From Deltaproteobacteria bacterium TL4 (GTDB taxonomy: Bacteria > SAR324 > NAC60-12), in NCBI GenBank assembly GCA_051382335.1, contig JBBCAX010000396.1, forward strand, positions 1 through 32,027: DNA of 32,027 bases, written 5' to 3'. The notes beneath the pieces were generated by a model. It made no database searches and was not told the DNA's origin. It saw only the letters and a list, made by a program, of their open reading frames with translations. Made by a program: the position numbers and the translations under genes. Numbering within the stretch: position 1 is the stretch's first letter; the number at the start of each line of letters is the position of its first letter. Below, piece by piece: positions 17,641-26,965 of this stretch.

Positions 17641-20136
17641 TCATTCTTTTTGGAATTCCGAAGCCTTTGAAGTTTGTACGGAAATGGTTCTCGATAAACT
17701 GGTCGTGTCAAGAATCAATCCTACCTCACCATCCCCTAAAATAGTACAGCCTGATAAGTGAGGCACATGCGTCATGGATTTAGGTAACCCTTTAATCACT
17801 ATTTGTTGTTGTCCTATGATTCTATTCACAAACAAGCAGAAATGTTGTTCCGTGTTTTCAATCACCAAAACCACTCCCTCTTCAAGCCTGTTTTTTTCCG
17901 CTACCGCTCCATAGAGCTGAGGCAGACGCAGGATTGGGATTAAGTGTCCACGAATGTTCAACATTTCTGTCCCGTTCATTGCTTTACGAATATCTGAAGA
18001 CTCCGGACTGACGATTTCACGAACAGAGGTTGTGGCCAGAGCATAAAAGACGCCGTCAATGTCAACAAGCAAGCCATCAATAATACTCAGCGTTAAAGGA
18101 ATACGCATGGTGAAAGTGGTCCCCCTTCCCCTTTGTGACTGAACCTGAACGTTGCCTCTCAGTTTTTCAATGCTTCGTCGGACCACATCCATCCCCACAC
18201 CTCTTCCCGAAAAATCGGTAACCTGTTCCGCGGTACTAAATCCCGCTTCAAAAATCAGTCGCCACACTTCTTCATCCGAAGGGGAACCTTCTTCGGGAAG
18301 GAGCTGTTGTGCTCTGGCTTTTTTAATGATTTTATCACGATTTAAACCACTCCCATCATCCTTGACCACAATCCAAACTTCATTACTGACATGCTTCGCT
18401 TCCAAGTGAATCGTACCCGTCGTGGGCTTATTGGCTAATTTACGAACTTCCGGCAGCTCAATGCCATGATCTACGGCGTTTCGAATCACGTGGAGCAAGG
18501 GCTCAGAAATATGTTCTACCAGTGTTTTATCCACCTCAGTATCTTCGCCGGACATCTTGAGTTCTACCTGTTTTCCCAGTTTCCTGGAAGCATCACGAAC
18601 CAATCGAATCATTTTACGAAAAACGATAGCAACCGGAATCATACGCATTGACGTTGCCACTTCTTGCAGTTCCAGCATATTTTGATGCAGGTGTGCTGAG
18701 GTATTTCTCAGTTCCTCAGCTTCTATCTTTTCCTTGGAAAGATGCTGAGAGATCATCGCGTCAGAAATAATCAACTCTCCCACCAGCGCTATCAACTGTT
18801 CCAGCTTTTCCAAATTGACACGAATATCGTGTGTTTTGGGAACCGAAGAGGCGGTCGAGGCCGCAGGCTCTGATTGGCTGACAGGAAGTGCTTCCTCAAC
18901 GTCAGAGGGTTCTTTTTCGGGCTCTAAGGTTTCTTCAGGCACAAGATCCCGTGTTTCTTCTTTGGGTTTCTGTTCTTTTGGGAGGACGGGCGCTCTCCGC
19001 TGTGAAGAAAGTAAATCCCCAAGCTTCAGCTCTATTGCTTCAAAACGGGGTTGATTTAAAGTTCCCTTGTTGGAAATAGCAATGGTTCCTTCCTTTAAGG
19101 TATCCACAGCTTCCAGGATTAAAGGGATACTGAGGTGATCAATGGCGATTTCTTTTTCCTGTATTTTCTCCAACACACTTTCGGCTTTGTGACTTAAGTG
19201 CTCCATTAAATGCAGGCCTATAAATCCAGAATTCCCTTTGATCGTGTGAAAACATCCAAATACCGTTTGTAAATATTCCTCTGTTTCTGCTTCACTTGGC
19301 GACTTTTCCATGACAAGAAAAGCTTGCTCCACTTTTTCCAGATATTCTAAGGTATCTTCAATGAAGGTTTCCATCAATTCCGGTGTGATCAGAATGTCCA
19401 TGGAGGGAGACAGAAAGGAGTTCGAATCCTTTTTAGCAAAAGACATCTCATCAGACGCCGATTCCTCAGAGGAGGGTTGTGAGGTTTGGAATTGAGTTGC
19501 AACAGCAGAGGTCTCAATCCCATAATGAGTTCTGAGGGTGTGGATTAATACTTGTGCTTCTTGATAGTTTTCAGCCTCTCCGGGAACGCATAAAAATTTT
19601 TGTGCTAATCGATGCAGAAGATTGACTGTCCGAAACGCCGCTTCTTCAACGGAAATATCAGGCCTATTGAGGGTATCCGGAGGGAAAGCGGGCAGACTCA
19701 TCGTCTGAAAGGTGTTGGGGATTTCCGCACAAAGCCTTTTGAAGTGCAGAGAGAATTTATCAATGCTTTGTTCAAAACCCTTATCTTGATACTGGAGTTC
19801 TACTTGTTTGAGCATCTCTCGAAGCAAATCCTGGCATTGAATACAGGTTTCTGTATATTGGGGCTGCCAAGCCTCAGGATGGTTCCGAAATATTTGTAAA
19901 AAAGCGCCAATGGCCTGAGACAGCGTCTCAATATGACTCAGACCCAAAAAGCCCGCTCCGCCCTTGAGCGTATGAAAATTCTGATAAACCTCTTGAATTT
20001 TGAATCCTGTCTCTTCAAGGCCGGAAGAAACTTCAAGCTGGATTAACAGGGGTTCAATCAGATCCAGATTTTCAATACTTTCCGCGATATATTCTTGAAA
20101 AAGGATTCGTTGCTCATCCCTTATTGTTGAATCCAT
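17641..20136 (-). CDS. cheA: Chemotaxis histidine kinase with two Hpt domains
   Basis: FHTLKGGAGFLG and FHTIKGNSGFIG; IRV...LVGELII; HVIRNAVDHG, DDGSG, GFST, GRGVGMDVV; C-terminal CheW domain. Start 20136 (ATG) or 20160 (TTG). Confidence 0.95.
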   Translation of the reverse strand: MDSTIRDEQRILFQEYIAESIENLDLIEPLLIQLEVSSGLEETGFKIQEVYQNFHTLKGGAGFLGLSHIETLSQAIGAFLQIFRNHPEAWQPQYTETCIQCQDLLREMLKQVELQYQDKGFEQSIDKFSLHFKRLCAEIPNTFQTMSLPAFPPDTLNRPDISVEEAAFRTVNLLHRLAQKFLCVPGEAENYQEAQVLIHTLRTHYGIETSAVATQFQTSQPSSEESASDEMSFAKKDSNSFLSPSMDILITPELMETFIEDTLEYLEKVEQAFLVMEKSPSEAETEEYLQTVFGCFHTIKGNSGFIGLHLMEHLSHKAESVLEKIQEKEIAIDHLSIPLILEAVDTLKEGTIAISNKGTLNQPRFEAIELKLGDLLSSQRRAPVLPKEQKPKEETRDLVPEETLEPEKEPSDVEEALPVSQSEPAASTASSVPKTHDIRVNLEKLEQLIALVGELIISDAMISQHLSKEKIEAEELRNTSAHLHQNMLELQEVATSMRMIPVAIVFRKMIRLVRDASRKLGKQVELKMSGEDTEVDKTLVEHISEPLLHVIRNAVDHGIELPEVRKLANKPTTGTIHLEAKHVSNEVWIVVKDDGSGLNRDKIIKKARAQQLLPEEGSPSDEEVWRLIFEAGFSTAEQVTDFSGRGVGMDVVRRSIEKLRGNVQVQSQRGRGTTFTMRIPLTLSIIDGLLVDIDGVFYALATTSVREIVSPESSDIRKAMNGTEMLNIRGHLIPILRLPQLYGAVAEKNRLEEGVVLVIENTEQHFCLFVNRIIGQQQIVIKGLPKSMTHVPHLSGCTILGDGEVGLILDTTSLSRTISVQTSKASEFQKE

Positions 20137-20346
20137 GGAGACCTGTTTTCCAATGCTCAAAATGAGAGTTTAATGGTTTGCGTACTGAGGTAATCCAAAT
20201 GCTAAAAAAATCAAGGTGTTTCGGTTTGGTAGTTCCGCTGGTGTTGGTTTGAAACACCCATTCACTTTCCTTCTTGCAGTTTAATTGCTGATTGTCAATT
20301 AAGGAATGACAAAAAAGTGTTACAGCCACACTTAGGCGTTGCGTCG

Positions 20347-21639
20347 TTATTTTTTTAGCAGCCTTGGCAGTAAGGGGGTTATCAGTTGGCCAAGCGTCTG
20401 TCCTTTGGGAAACTCCCAGAAACTTCCCAGAAGCACGTCAAGAGGAAAGAGCGGTTGACCGGTCTCATCCACACAGCGGCCCGTTGTTAAGGCGGAAATG
20501 TTTTTTCTGTTGATTTGATCCGGGGTGAGCCAAGTCGTGCTTTGGAGTTGCTCCTGAAACGATTCCAAATATTCGATTTGCTCGAAACTTCCAAGGCATT
20601 TCAAACCATTCAAAAAACATAAAATACAAAAGGTTAAGAAAAGGCCTGGACAGAGTTGTTCTGAATCCAGGCTTTGAGTTAAACTTTCCGGATTCATTTC
20701 AATCAACGTTGTCGGACCTTCAAGCTTTGAACCTTTTGCGAATAAGGGCTCCAGCCTGATTTTTTGATGCTGTGAGACAGGTCTTGTGAAAAGAGGAAGG
20801 GGGTCTCCTATTTTTGAAAATACGGCATTTCTCAGTCGTTCCTCTGACAAAAATCGACAAATAGGGTGTTGCGGTTTTTGTAATATGCTTTTCAGGTAAT
20901 GACCTATAATTTCATTTAGATCCACGTAAACCACAGAAGCCTGAGGGAGCAAACGGGTCATTTGTTGATTGCAAAAGGTTAAGGCCCACTGAGTGTATGA
21001 CGCTGTCAAGGGGATAGGAGGAAGCAAGGTCTGCAGCCGTGAGGAAAGATGCGGAAGGAGCTGACTCATTTTTACAGGAATTTCCGCACGATATACAGGC
21101 GCGTCCCGCATCACACCAGAGATCAGAGAAAGTCTACATTCTTGTGTGTCGCGACCCCTGTCTTTTTGAGACCGGGACAATTCTCCAAAAAAAGGACAGT
21201 CTTTGTTCAAGAGGGCTTCCAAGGGGTGTCGGGAACTATAATTTAAACATCCTGACCATGCGGAGCTGGAAAAAGGAACGCCTGAATAAGCCGCAACCAG
21301 GTAAGTTTCCCCCCGGGGTACGCCTAATGACGCAAGCTGATGAATAGCAAAGAAGGTGGGTCCTTCCGAAGCGGTGAGATGGGTTGAGGTTTGGAGAACC
21401 CCCGTACGCTGAAGTGACGAAAGAATGTCTTTGCTTTTCTCCACGAGACCTATACGCTGAAATTCGTGATCGAACGCTTGAAGCAGTTCCGGTTCCAGGG
21501 AACAGGAGTGATCTTTATATAAAAGATCGGCATATTCCGTTAAAGAATAATTCCAATAGCGTTCCAGAATGAGTGAAAGACGGTTTCGTCCCAGTGCTTT
21601 AAGGGACTTGATGATTTCTTCTGAATTTGTAGAGTACAT
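20347..21639 (-). CDS. Hypothetical protein (430 aa)
   Basis: Long ORF with ATG start; no confident family. Confidence 0.8.
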   Translation of the reverse strand: MYSTNSEEIIKSLKALGRNRLSLILERYWNYSLTEYADLLYKDHSCSLEPELLQAFDHEFQRIGLVEKSKDILSSLQRTGVLQTSTHLTASEGPTFFAIHQLASLGVPRGETYLVAAYSGVPFSSSAWSGCLNYSSRHPLEALLNKDCPFFGELSRSQKDRGRDTQECRLSLISGVMRDAPVYRAEIPVKMSQLLPHLSSRLQTLLPPIPLTASYTQWALTFCNQQMTRLLPQASVVYVDLNEIIGHYLKSILQKPQHPICRFLSEERLRNAVFSKIGDPLPLFTRPVSQHQKIRLEPLFAKGSKLEGPTTLIEMNPESLTQSLDSEQLCPGLFLTFCILCFLNGLKCLGSFEQIEYLESFQEQLQSTTWLTPDQINRKNISALTTGRCVDETGQPLFPLDVLLGSFWEFPKGQTLGQLITPLLPRLLKK

Positions 21640-21775
21640 AGAACGGTGATACTTTAATTAACAGAGCAGGAAATGGTTATTAAAAGCCTGTACACGAATT
21701 TAATTAAGGTCACTCTACCTTTAAATTGTAGGAGTTCAAAGCTTTTTATCAATCCATCATCTATCGAAAGGTTTC

Positions 21776-22216
21776 ATGTCCGCACAGCTAAAAATTCAAT
21801 GTCATTATGAGTTCATGAAGCTCCCTGCCAGAGCCCATGCTTCGGATGCGGGAATTGATATCACCGCAATGGCGATGGAAGAAAAACAAGATTCCGTGTT
21901 TATGTTTGATACGGGCATTTCCCTACAGGTTTCTGAGGGCTACTATGTAGAAGTTGTGCCCCGTTCAAGTATCATTAAAACAAATTTTATCATGGCCAAT
22001 AGTGTGGGGATTATTGACCCTGAGTATCGAGGCCGAATCTTTGTCCCCTTGCGTTATGTCGGACATGGCAACCCCGTTGAGGCCGCGGAAAAATTGCTCA
22101 ACACCCGCATTGCTCAACTCCTCATTCGTCCATGGATCCCCTGTACTGTGGAACAAGTAGAGTTCCTGTCTTCCACCACAAGAGACACTGGAGGTTTTGG
22201 AAGTACAGGAACCTGA
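21776..22216 (+). CDS. dut: dUTP diphosphatase
   Basis: AGIDI, PRSS, GIIDPEYRG, RIAQL, RDTGGFGSTG. Confidence 0.95.
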   Translation: MSAQLKIQCHYEFMKLPARAHASDAGIDITAMAMEEKQDSVFMFDTGISLQVSEGYYVEVVPRSSIIKTNFIMANSVGIIDPEYRGRIFVPLRYVGHGNPVEAAEKLLNTRIAQLLIRPWIPCTVEQVEFLSSTTRDTGGFGSTGT

Positions 22217-22223
22217 GTGAAAA

Positions 22224-25043
22224 TCAACCAATCCGGTTGGTGTTGAGGACCAGGATGGGACTGTTCGCGTGAAGTGTGATTCCCAAATAGGTTGGGATTT
22301 CGCTATAATCCTCAGGCAAAGGGAGAATGGGGAGCGTTGCATGATGCAGAATATCATTGATAATCAATCCCATTTTGTCCTTCTGCGTTTTTAAAACAAG
22401 GATTCGCTGAAGGCCTGCTTCCGCAATATTCACCCCTTCATCAAACAAATGGTTGGAGTTAATCAGTGGAATCAATTCATCAGCACGTTGATAAGTTGGT
22501 TTGGAACCAATGTATTTGATGAGGGATTTATTGTAACCTTGAAAGGCCTCAACATGATCTTCCGGGATAGCAATCAGGAAATCTCCGATGGAAACAATAA
22601 AACAAGGCAGGGAGACGTTACTTTTAGGGAAGATGAATTCCCAGGTTGTGCCGAGGCCTCTCTCTGAGGAAATCGTGCAGGTTCCCCGAAATTTCTGCAT
22701 GGCCTCCTGCACCGCGTTCAAGCCAACGCCACGACCGGCATTGTCATCCAAGGTCTCGGCTGTGGAAACCCCTTGCGCGAAAACCAGGCCCAGAATTTCT
22801 TCCCTCGTCATTTCATTCAGGCGTTCTTGCGTGATGACTTTGTGTTCAATCGCTTTCTGTGCCACTTTTTCAATGTCGATGCCCCGTCCATCGTCATTAA
22901 TCGTAATGAAGATTCTCAAGGCGTCCTCTTTAAGGTAAACCGTAACTTTGCCCGTCTCTCCTTTGTTTGCCTGTTGACGATCATCAATGGTTTCCAAGCC
23001 ATGGATGACCGCGTTTTTTAGGGCGTGGTTGAAGATCTCATGCATAGCGTTCCAGAACTCTCGGTCGGCACGAACCCCGTCATCCTTCAATACAAATTGC
23101 GCCGACTTACCATACTGATTCGCGAGACTTGGAATCAAGCGCTCATAACGGGAAAGGTCCAGGGGGACTTTTTTGATTCTTTGATGGGTGTCCAGGAATT
23201 CGTTATAAATACTCCCTGCCTGAACTATATTTTCTTCAGGTAGATTTTCGGAAATCATATAAAACAGATTTTTAACATGCTGTGATAATTGTTCATAACC
23301 GCTCTGTGAAACGGAAAGATAGTCTTCTTTTCTATTCCGCAATTCACCATGATCCTCTTCACGTTGAGCCAGGAATTTTGAGAGCTTCTCCGTGTGTCCT
23401 TTGGTCAACTCAAGGGAACACTGAAGCTTTTTTTCAACCCTTTCCAACCAATTTCCCAAATTAAATTGAGCCACAGGATTTTTTTGATAAACTTCCAGCA
23501 TATCTTGCATTTTATAGATAAATTCTTTGAACAACACCACGACTGAACGGGTTAACAGAATCTTCTTGTCATTGAGGGGGTGAATCAAATCCTCGATTCG
23601 ATGACACAGTTCTTTGGCTTTAGCGATCAGAAAACCCGAACTTCCCTTCAGTCCATGAACTTTATTACCCAATAAACGCAAGGTTTCCTGAAAAACATGA
23701 ATCTGTTTTCCCCGCATGAATTCCTTGTAATTATCCCAAACAAAGACGTCTTCCTCCTCAAAAGCAAAGGTTTCCAGTTCTTTAATCAAAACAAGAATTT
23801 CTGCTGCCAGGTTTGTACTGTCCGTCAGAATATTTTCCCGTGTTTCATCATCCACCATGACTGAGGCTTTAAGCGTTTCTTCTTGCTTCGCGATTCGATC
23901 GGAAACAAGGGCTACTTGCTCTTGAGTATCGGAAGGAATCAGGTTGCCTTCCAGGGATTCCGTCTTTTTGCTAAATTGGAATTGGACGGAAAAAATTTTA
24001 GGCTTACCTTCCGGTGTGTTGAGTTTAATTTCAATGGGAAAAGGCACATTTTCTTTTTGATCAAAGGCAAAGGTAAATACGGGTTCCACTCCTGGATCGG
24101 CTAAATACTGTGTGATTTCCGGGAAATTTTGATCCTCCTGATATTCTGGAAATAAGTCATGAATGACAGGCGAGACAAAGGTCAACTGGAGTTGCTTATT
24201 AACACGAATGAGATTCTCATCCATCAAACTCCTGGTTTGATTTTCCAATTGCCGAATCGCGGTAATATCCCTTCCGGTCCCTATCATTCGATAAGGACGA
24301 CCTTCTGAATCCAGCACAGGATTTGCTGAGAATTCCAAAATGACAGGCTTGCCATCAGGTTTATTGAAGACAACCTCCAAACCTCTCAGCTCGTGATTGA
24401 ACTGGTTTTGATCCTGGAAGGTTAACCAAAACTTCTCCCGTCGTTCCTCAGACATGTGCTTATCCAGAGACTCCCCCAAAAAATCAGTGGCAGGGTATCC
24501 TAACAGTTGCTCCACGTTTTCGCTGATATAAGTACAGACAAGCTCTTGATCATATTCGATAACCAGATCGGGAATGTTATAAAGTAAGGCGGCAAAACGA
24601 CTGGTGGTATCCCCGATTTGCTCAAAAAGTAGGGATCGTTCCTGCTGTAACCGTTTGCCGTATTTCTGCTCTTCTTCCAATTCTCTCAGGTCTTGAAAGG
24701 TGCCGATCAAATAAGGCTGACCTTGAAAGGTAAAACGGGAAAGCTTGCAGAGTACCGAAGTTCCGGCTTCTTTCTCCTCCCTGAATTTCAAGGAACTTGG
24801 AAACATTTTTGTTTCCTTTTCACCTTCCATGGCGAGTTCATGGGCGTTTCCAATAATATTCGCGGGAGAGTTCCCGATCAGTTCTTCAGGGAAATATCCG
24901 CATAATTGACAGAAAGGATCATTGACATACATCATTTTTTTGTCGTCCAAATGAGGTGCGTCTTTCATAATGCAGATTCCATTAAGGGTATGGTCTAAAG
25001 CTGCTTCGACAAAACCTCCAGGTATCGATTTGAATACTGTCAT
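22224..25043 (-). CDS. PAS-domain-fused CheA-like kinase (PAS-PAS/PAC-PAS-like-Hpt-HATPase-CheW)
   Basis: YVNDPFCQLCGY and YISENVEQLLGY...GTGRDIT PAS motifs; VHGLKGSSGFL Hpt; NHALKNAVIHG, DDGRG, GRGVGL; C-terminal CheW-like domain. Confidence 0.9.
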   Translation of the reverse strand: MTVFKSIPGGFVEAALDHTLNGICIMKDAPHLDDKKMMYVNDPFCQLCGYFPEELIGNSPANIIGNAHELAMEGEKETKMFPSSLKFREEKEAGTSVLCKLSRFTFQGQPYLIGTFQDLRELEEEQKYGKRLQQERSLLFEQIGDTTSRFAALLYNIPDLVIEYDQELVCTYISENVEQLLGYPATDFLGESLDKHMSEERREKFWLTFQDQNQFNHELRGLEVVFNKPDGKPVILEFSANPVLDSEGRPYRMIGTGRDITAIRQLENQTRSLMDENLIRVNKQLQLTFVSPVIHDLFPEYQEDQNFPEITQYLADPGVEPVFTFAFDQKENVPFPIEIKLNTPEGKPKIFSVQFQFSKKTESLEGNLIPSDTQEQVALVSDRIAKQEETLKASVMVDDETRENILTDSTNLAAEILVLIKELETFAFEEEDVFVWDNYKEFMRGKQIHVFQETLRLLGNKVHGLKGSSGFLIAKAKELCHRIEDLIHPLNDKKILLTRSVVVLFKEFIYKMQDMLEVYQKNPVAQFNLGNWLERVEKKLQCSLELTKGHTEKLSKFLAQREEDHGELRNRKEDYLSVSQSGYEQLSQHVKNLFYMISENLPEENIVQAGSIYNEFLDTHQRIKKVPLDLSRYERLIPSLANQYGKSAQFVLKDDGVRADREFWNAMHEIFNHALKNAVIHGLETIDDRQQANKGETGKVTVYLKEDALRIFITINDDGRGIDIEKVAQKAIEHKVITQERLNEMTREEILGLVFAQGVSTAETLDDNAGRGVGLNAVQEAMQKFRGTCTISSERGLGTTWEFIFPKSNVSLPCFIVSIGDFLIAIPEDHVEAFQGYNKSLIKYIGSKPTYQRADELIPLINSNHLFDEGVNIAEAGLQRILVLKTQKDKMGLIINDILHHATLPILPLPEDYSEIPTYLGITLHANSPILVLNTNRIG

Positions 25044-25067
25044 CTCGCATTATCTCGTGCTAAGGGG

Positions 25068-25541
25068 TTATAGAATTATGGTTTCTCGTTCTTTTGCTTC
25101 AATTAATACTTTTCCTGTACCGACATCAAACGTGATTCTGCGGCCACTACTTCCCCCACAATCGGCGGCAATGATCTTAATATTATGCTGGGCCAAAACT
25201 TCATGAACGGCTTTAACATTACTTGCGGAAACATTTAAATCCTTACTGTAATTTTCAAACATCTCTCCTCCTCCCGCAATTTTTGCCCCCGTTAATCGAT
25301 GGTTGGCGGCTCCTGCTTTAACCATTTTTTGGATGAGGTAGCGAGTTCCCGTATCGGCATATTTGCCCGGATTGTCCGTGCGCCCATTGGCATACCCCAA
25401 CATGATATGGACCATCCCGCCAATTTGACACTTTTTATCATACAACATGATGGCAACACAGGAGCCAACCACCGTGAACAGTCGGTCATCCTTGCGACCA
25501 ATTTCCGCTCCACCTATTGATACTCGAATAATTTGACCCAT
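25068..25541 (-). CDS. cheD: Chemoreceptor glutamine deamidase CheD
   Basis: VGSCVAI (catalytic Cys), GGMVHIML (His), KYADT, AKIAGG, DCGG..GR. Confidence 0.93.
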   Translation of the reverse strand: MGQIIRVSIGGAEIGRKDDRLFTVVGSCVAIMLYDKKCQIGGMVHIMLGYANGRTDNPGKYADTGTRYLIQKMVKAGAANHRLTGAKIAGGGEMFENYSKDLNVSASNVKAVHEVLAQHNIKIIAADCGGSSGRRITFDVGTGKVLIEAKERETIIL

Positions 25542-25647
25542 CTTCCTTGTGATTGATAGGGTGTGCCATGTTCAAGGGAAAAGAAGGGAGTAGGGTTTGT
25601 AGATAACGGGTGACTGTGGCTCTTTTCCGCTTAGTTGTAGAGTTAAG

Positions 25648-26178
25648 CTACTCTATCGCGCATATGCGTTTCAAATCCGGTAGAATGATTACTTGATCAT
25701 GGACTTTCCCCACATTTTGAACAAAATGCTGCTGCTCTTCAGTTAACGCTGACGGTGGTGCTGAAAGTGATTTTTTCTCCATTCGTATGATTTCATTGAC
25801 ACGATCCACTAAAAGACCAATGGAACGCTCTCCGTCTCGAACCAGCATGATTCGGGAATGTCTTGTGATCTCACTGGTGCCCATTCCCAGTCGCTTTTTT
25901 AAATCAATGACCGTCAGAATCATCCCTCTTAAATTGATGATTCCTCTTAAATCAGGATTTCCTTTGGGAATGCGGATAATGCCTTTGGCTTTTAAGATCT
26001 CTTTTAAGGAAACCAGTTCAATCCCGTAATTCTCATTCTCAACTGAAAAACTGATCAAATCCAGATAATCTAACTGCTTTTCTGACTTTTGACCCAGATT
26101 GCGGAAGCGATGAGATTGGATCAACCACTTTCTGCGTTGTTGTGCCAGCGATTGTGTGTTTGTTTCGGTGGAACTCAT
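25648..26178 (-). CDS. cheW: CheW coupling protein
   Basis: YGIEL...EIL, GIINLRG, IGLLVDRVNEI; ATGA overlap with upstream cheW. Confidence 0.92.
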   Translation of the reverse strand: MSSTETNTQSLAQQRRKWLIQSHRFRNLGQKSEKQLDYLDLISFSVENENYGIELVSLKEILKAKGIIRIPKGNPDLRGIINLRGMILTVIDLKKRLGMGTSEITRHSRIMLVRDGERSIGLLVDRVNEIIRMEKKSLSAPPSALTEEQQHFVQNVGKVHDQVIILPDLKRICAIE

Positions 26179-26624
26179 GAGTCATACCCCTTTAACAATT
26201 CTTCAATATTGAGGACTTCATCTACATCCAGATAAAGCAGCAATTGATCGCCTTTACGCAAAACACCTACCGTGAACTCATTCCCCGAACGACTGATTCC
26301 GGGAGGCGGCGCTGAAATTTCAGATAAGTCAAAGGTATAGACCTCATTGACCTTTCCTACAATAAAACCAAAAATATACTCCCGGACCTCCACAATCAAG
26401 ATCTTGGTCTTCAGGTAATCTTCCGGAATCGTCAAACGAAATCGTTTGTGTAAGTCCACAACCGGGATAATCTCTCCCCTTAAATCAATCACGCCCTCGA
26501 TCAGATCCATCGCTTCAGGGGTAGGCGTTACTTTGTCATACTTAATGACACTATGAATCTTTGAGACATCAACACCAAAAAGCTCACCACCTACTTCAAA
26601 GGTGACCAGTTGAACCAACTCCAT
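26175..26624 (-). CDS. cheW: CheW coupling protein
   Basis: QLVTF, GVIDLRGEIIPVVDL, GFIVGKVNEV; probable start ATG 26624. Confidence 0.92.
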   Translation of the reverse strand: MELVQLVTFEVGGELFGVDVSKIHSVIKYDKVTPTPEAMDLIEGVIDLRGEIIPVVDLHKRFRLTIPEDYLKTKILIVEVREYIFGFIVGKVNEVYTFDLSEISAPPPGISRSGNEFTVGVLRKGDQLLLYLDVDEVLNIEELLKGYDS

Positions 26625-26847
26625 ACCTGTTCTCTGTTGGATGTGACCTTGATAAAAATGCAACCCCCTTCAAAGAGGGAGGGATCCTGCTTAATGCTCG
26701 CTATCCGCATGCAGGCTTTTAACCAATAGCTTCTGATAAAACGGAGTCTTTGTAAATTTTATTCATTAGAACCTCCTCTAACCGGATCTGTTCTTTAGCA
26801 GGAAATGCGCGTCAGATAAACACAAAAATGCGAAAGTTTGTTTTTAA

Positions 26848-26885
26848 TTGACACACTATTAGCACTCTGGTATAGTGAGTGCTAG
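26848..26885 (+). promoter_or_regulatory. Sigma70 promoter overlapped by a CIRCE (HrcA operator)
   Basis: TTGACA (26848-26853)-N17-TATAGT (26871-26876) with TG extension; TTAGCACTC-N9-GAGTGCTAG at 26859-26885. Confidence 0.93.
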
Positions 26886-26965
26886 CAAGTTACCCAAATC
26901 AAGCGTTGAGGATGAGGTGGGGTCTTGAACGAGAGGTTGTGAGATTGGATGCATAGGAGGATGCC

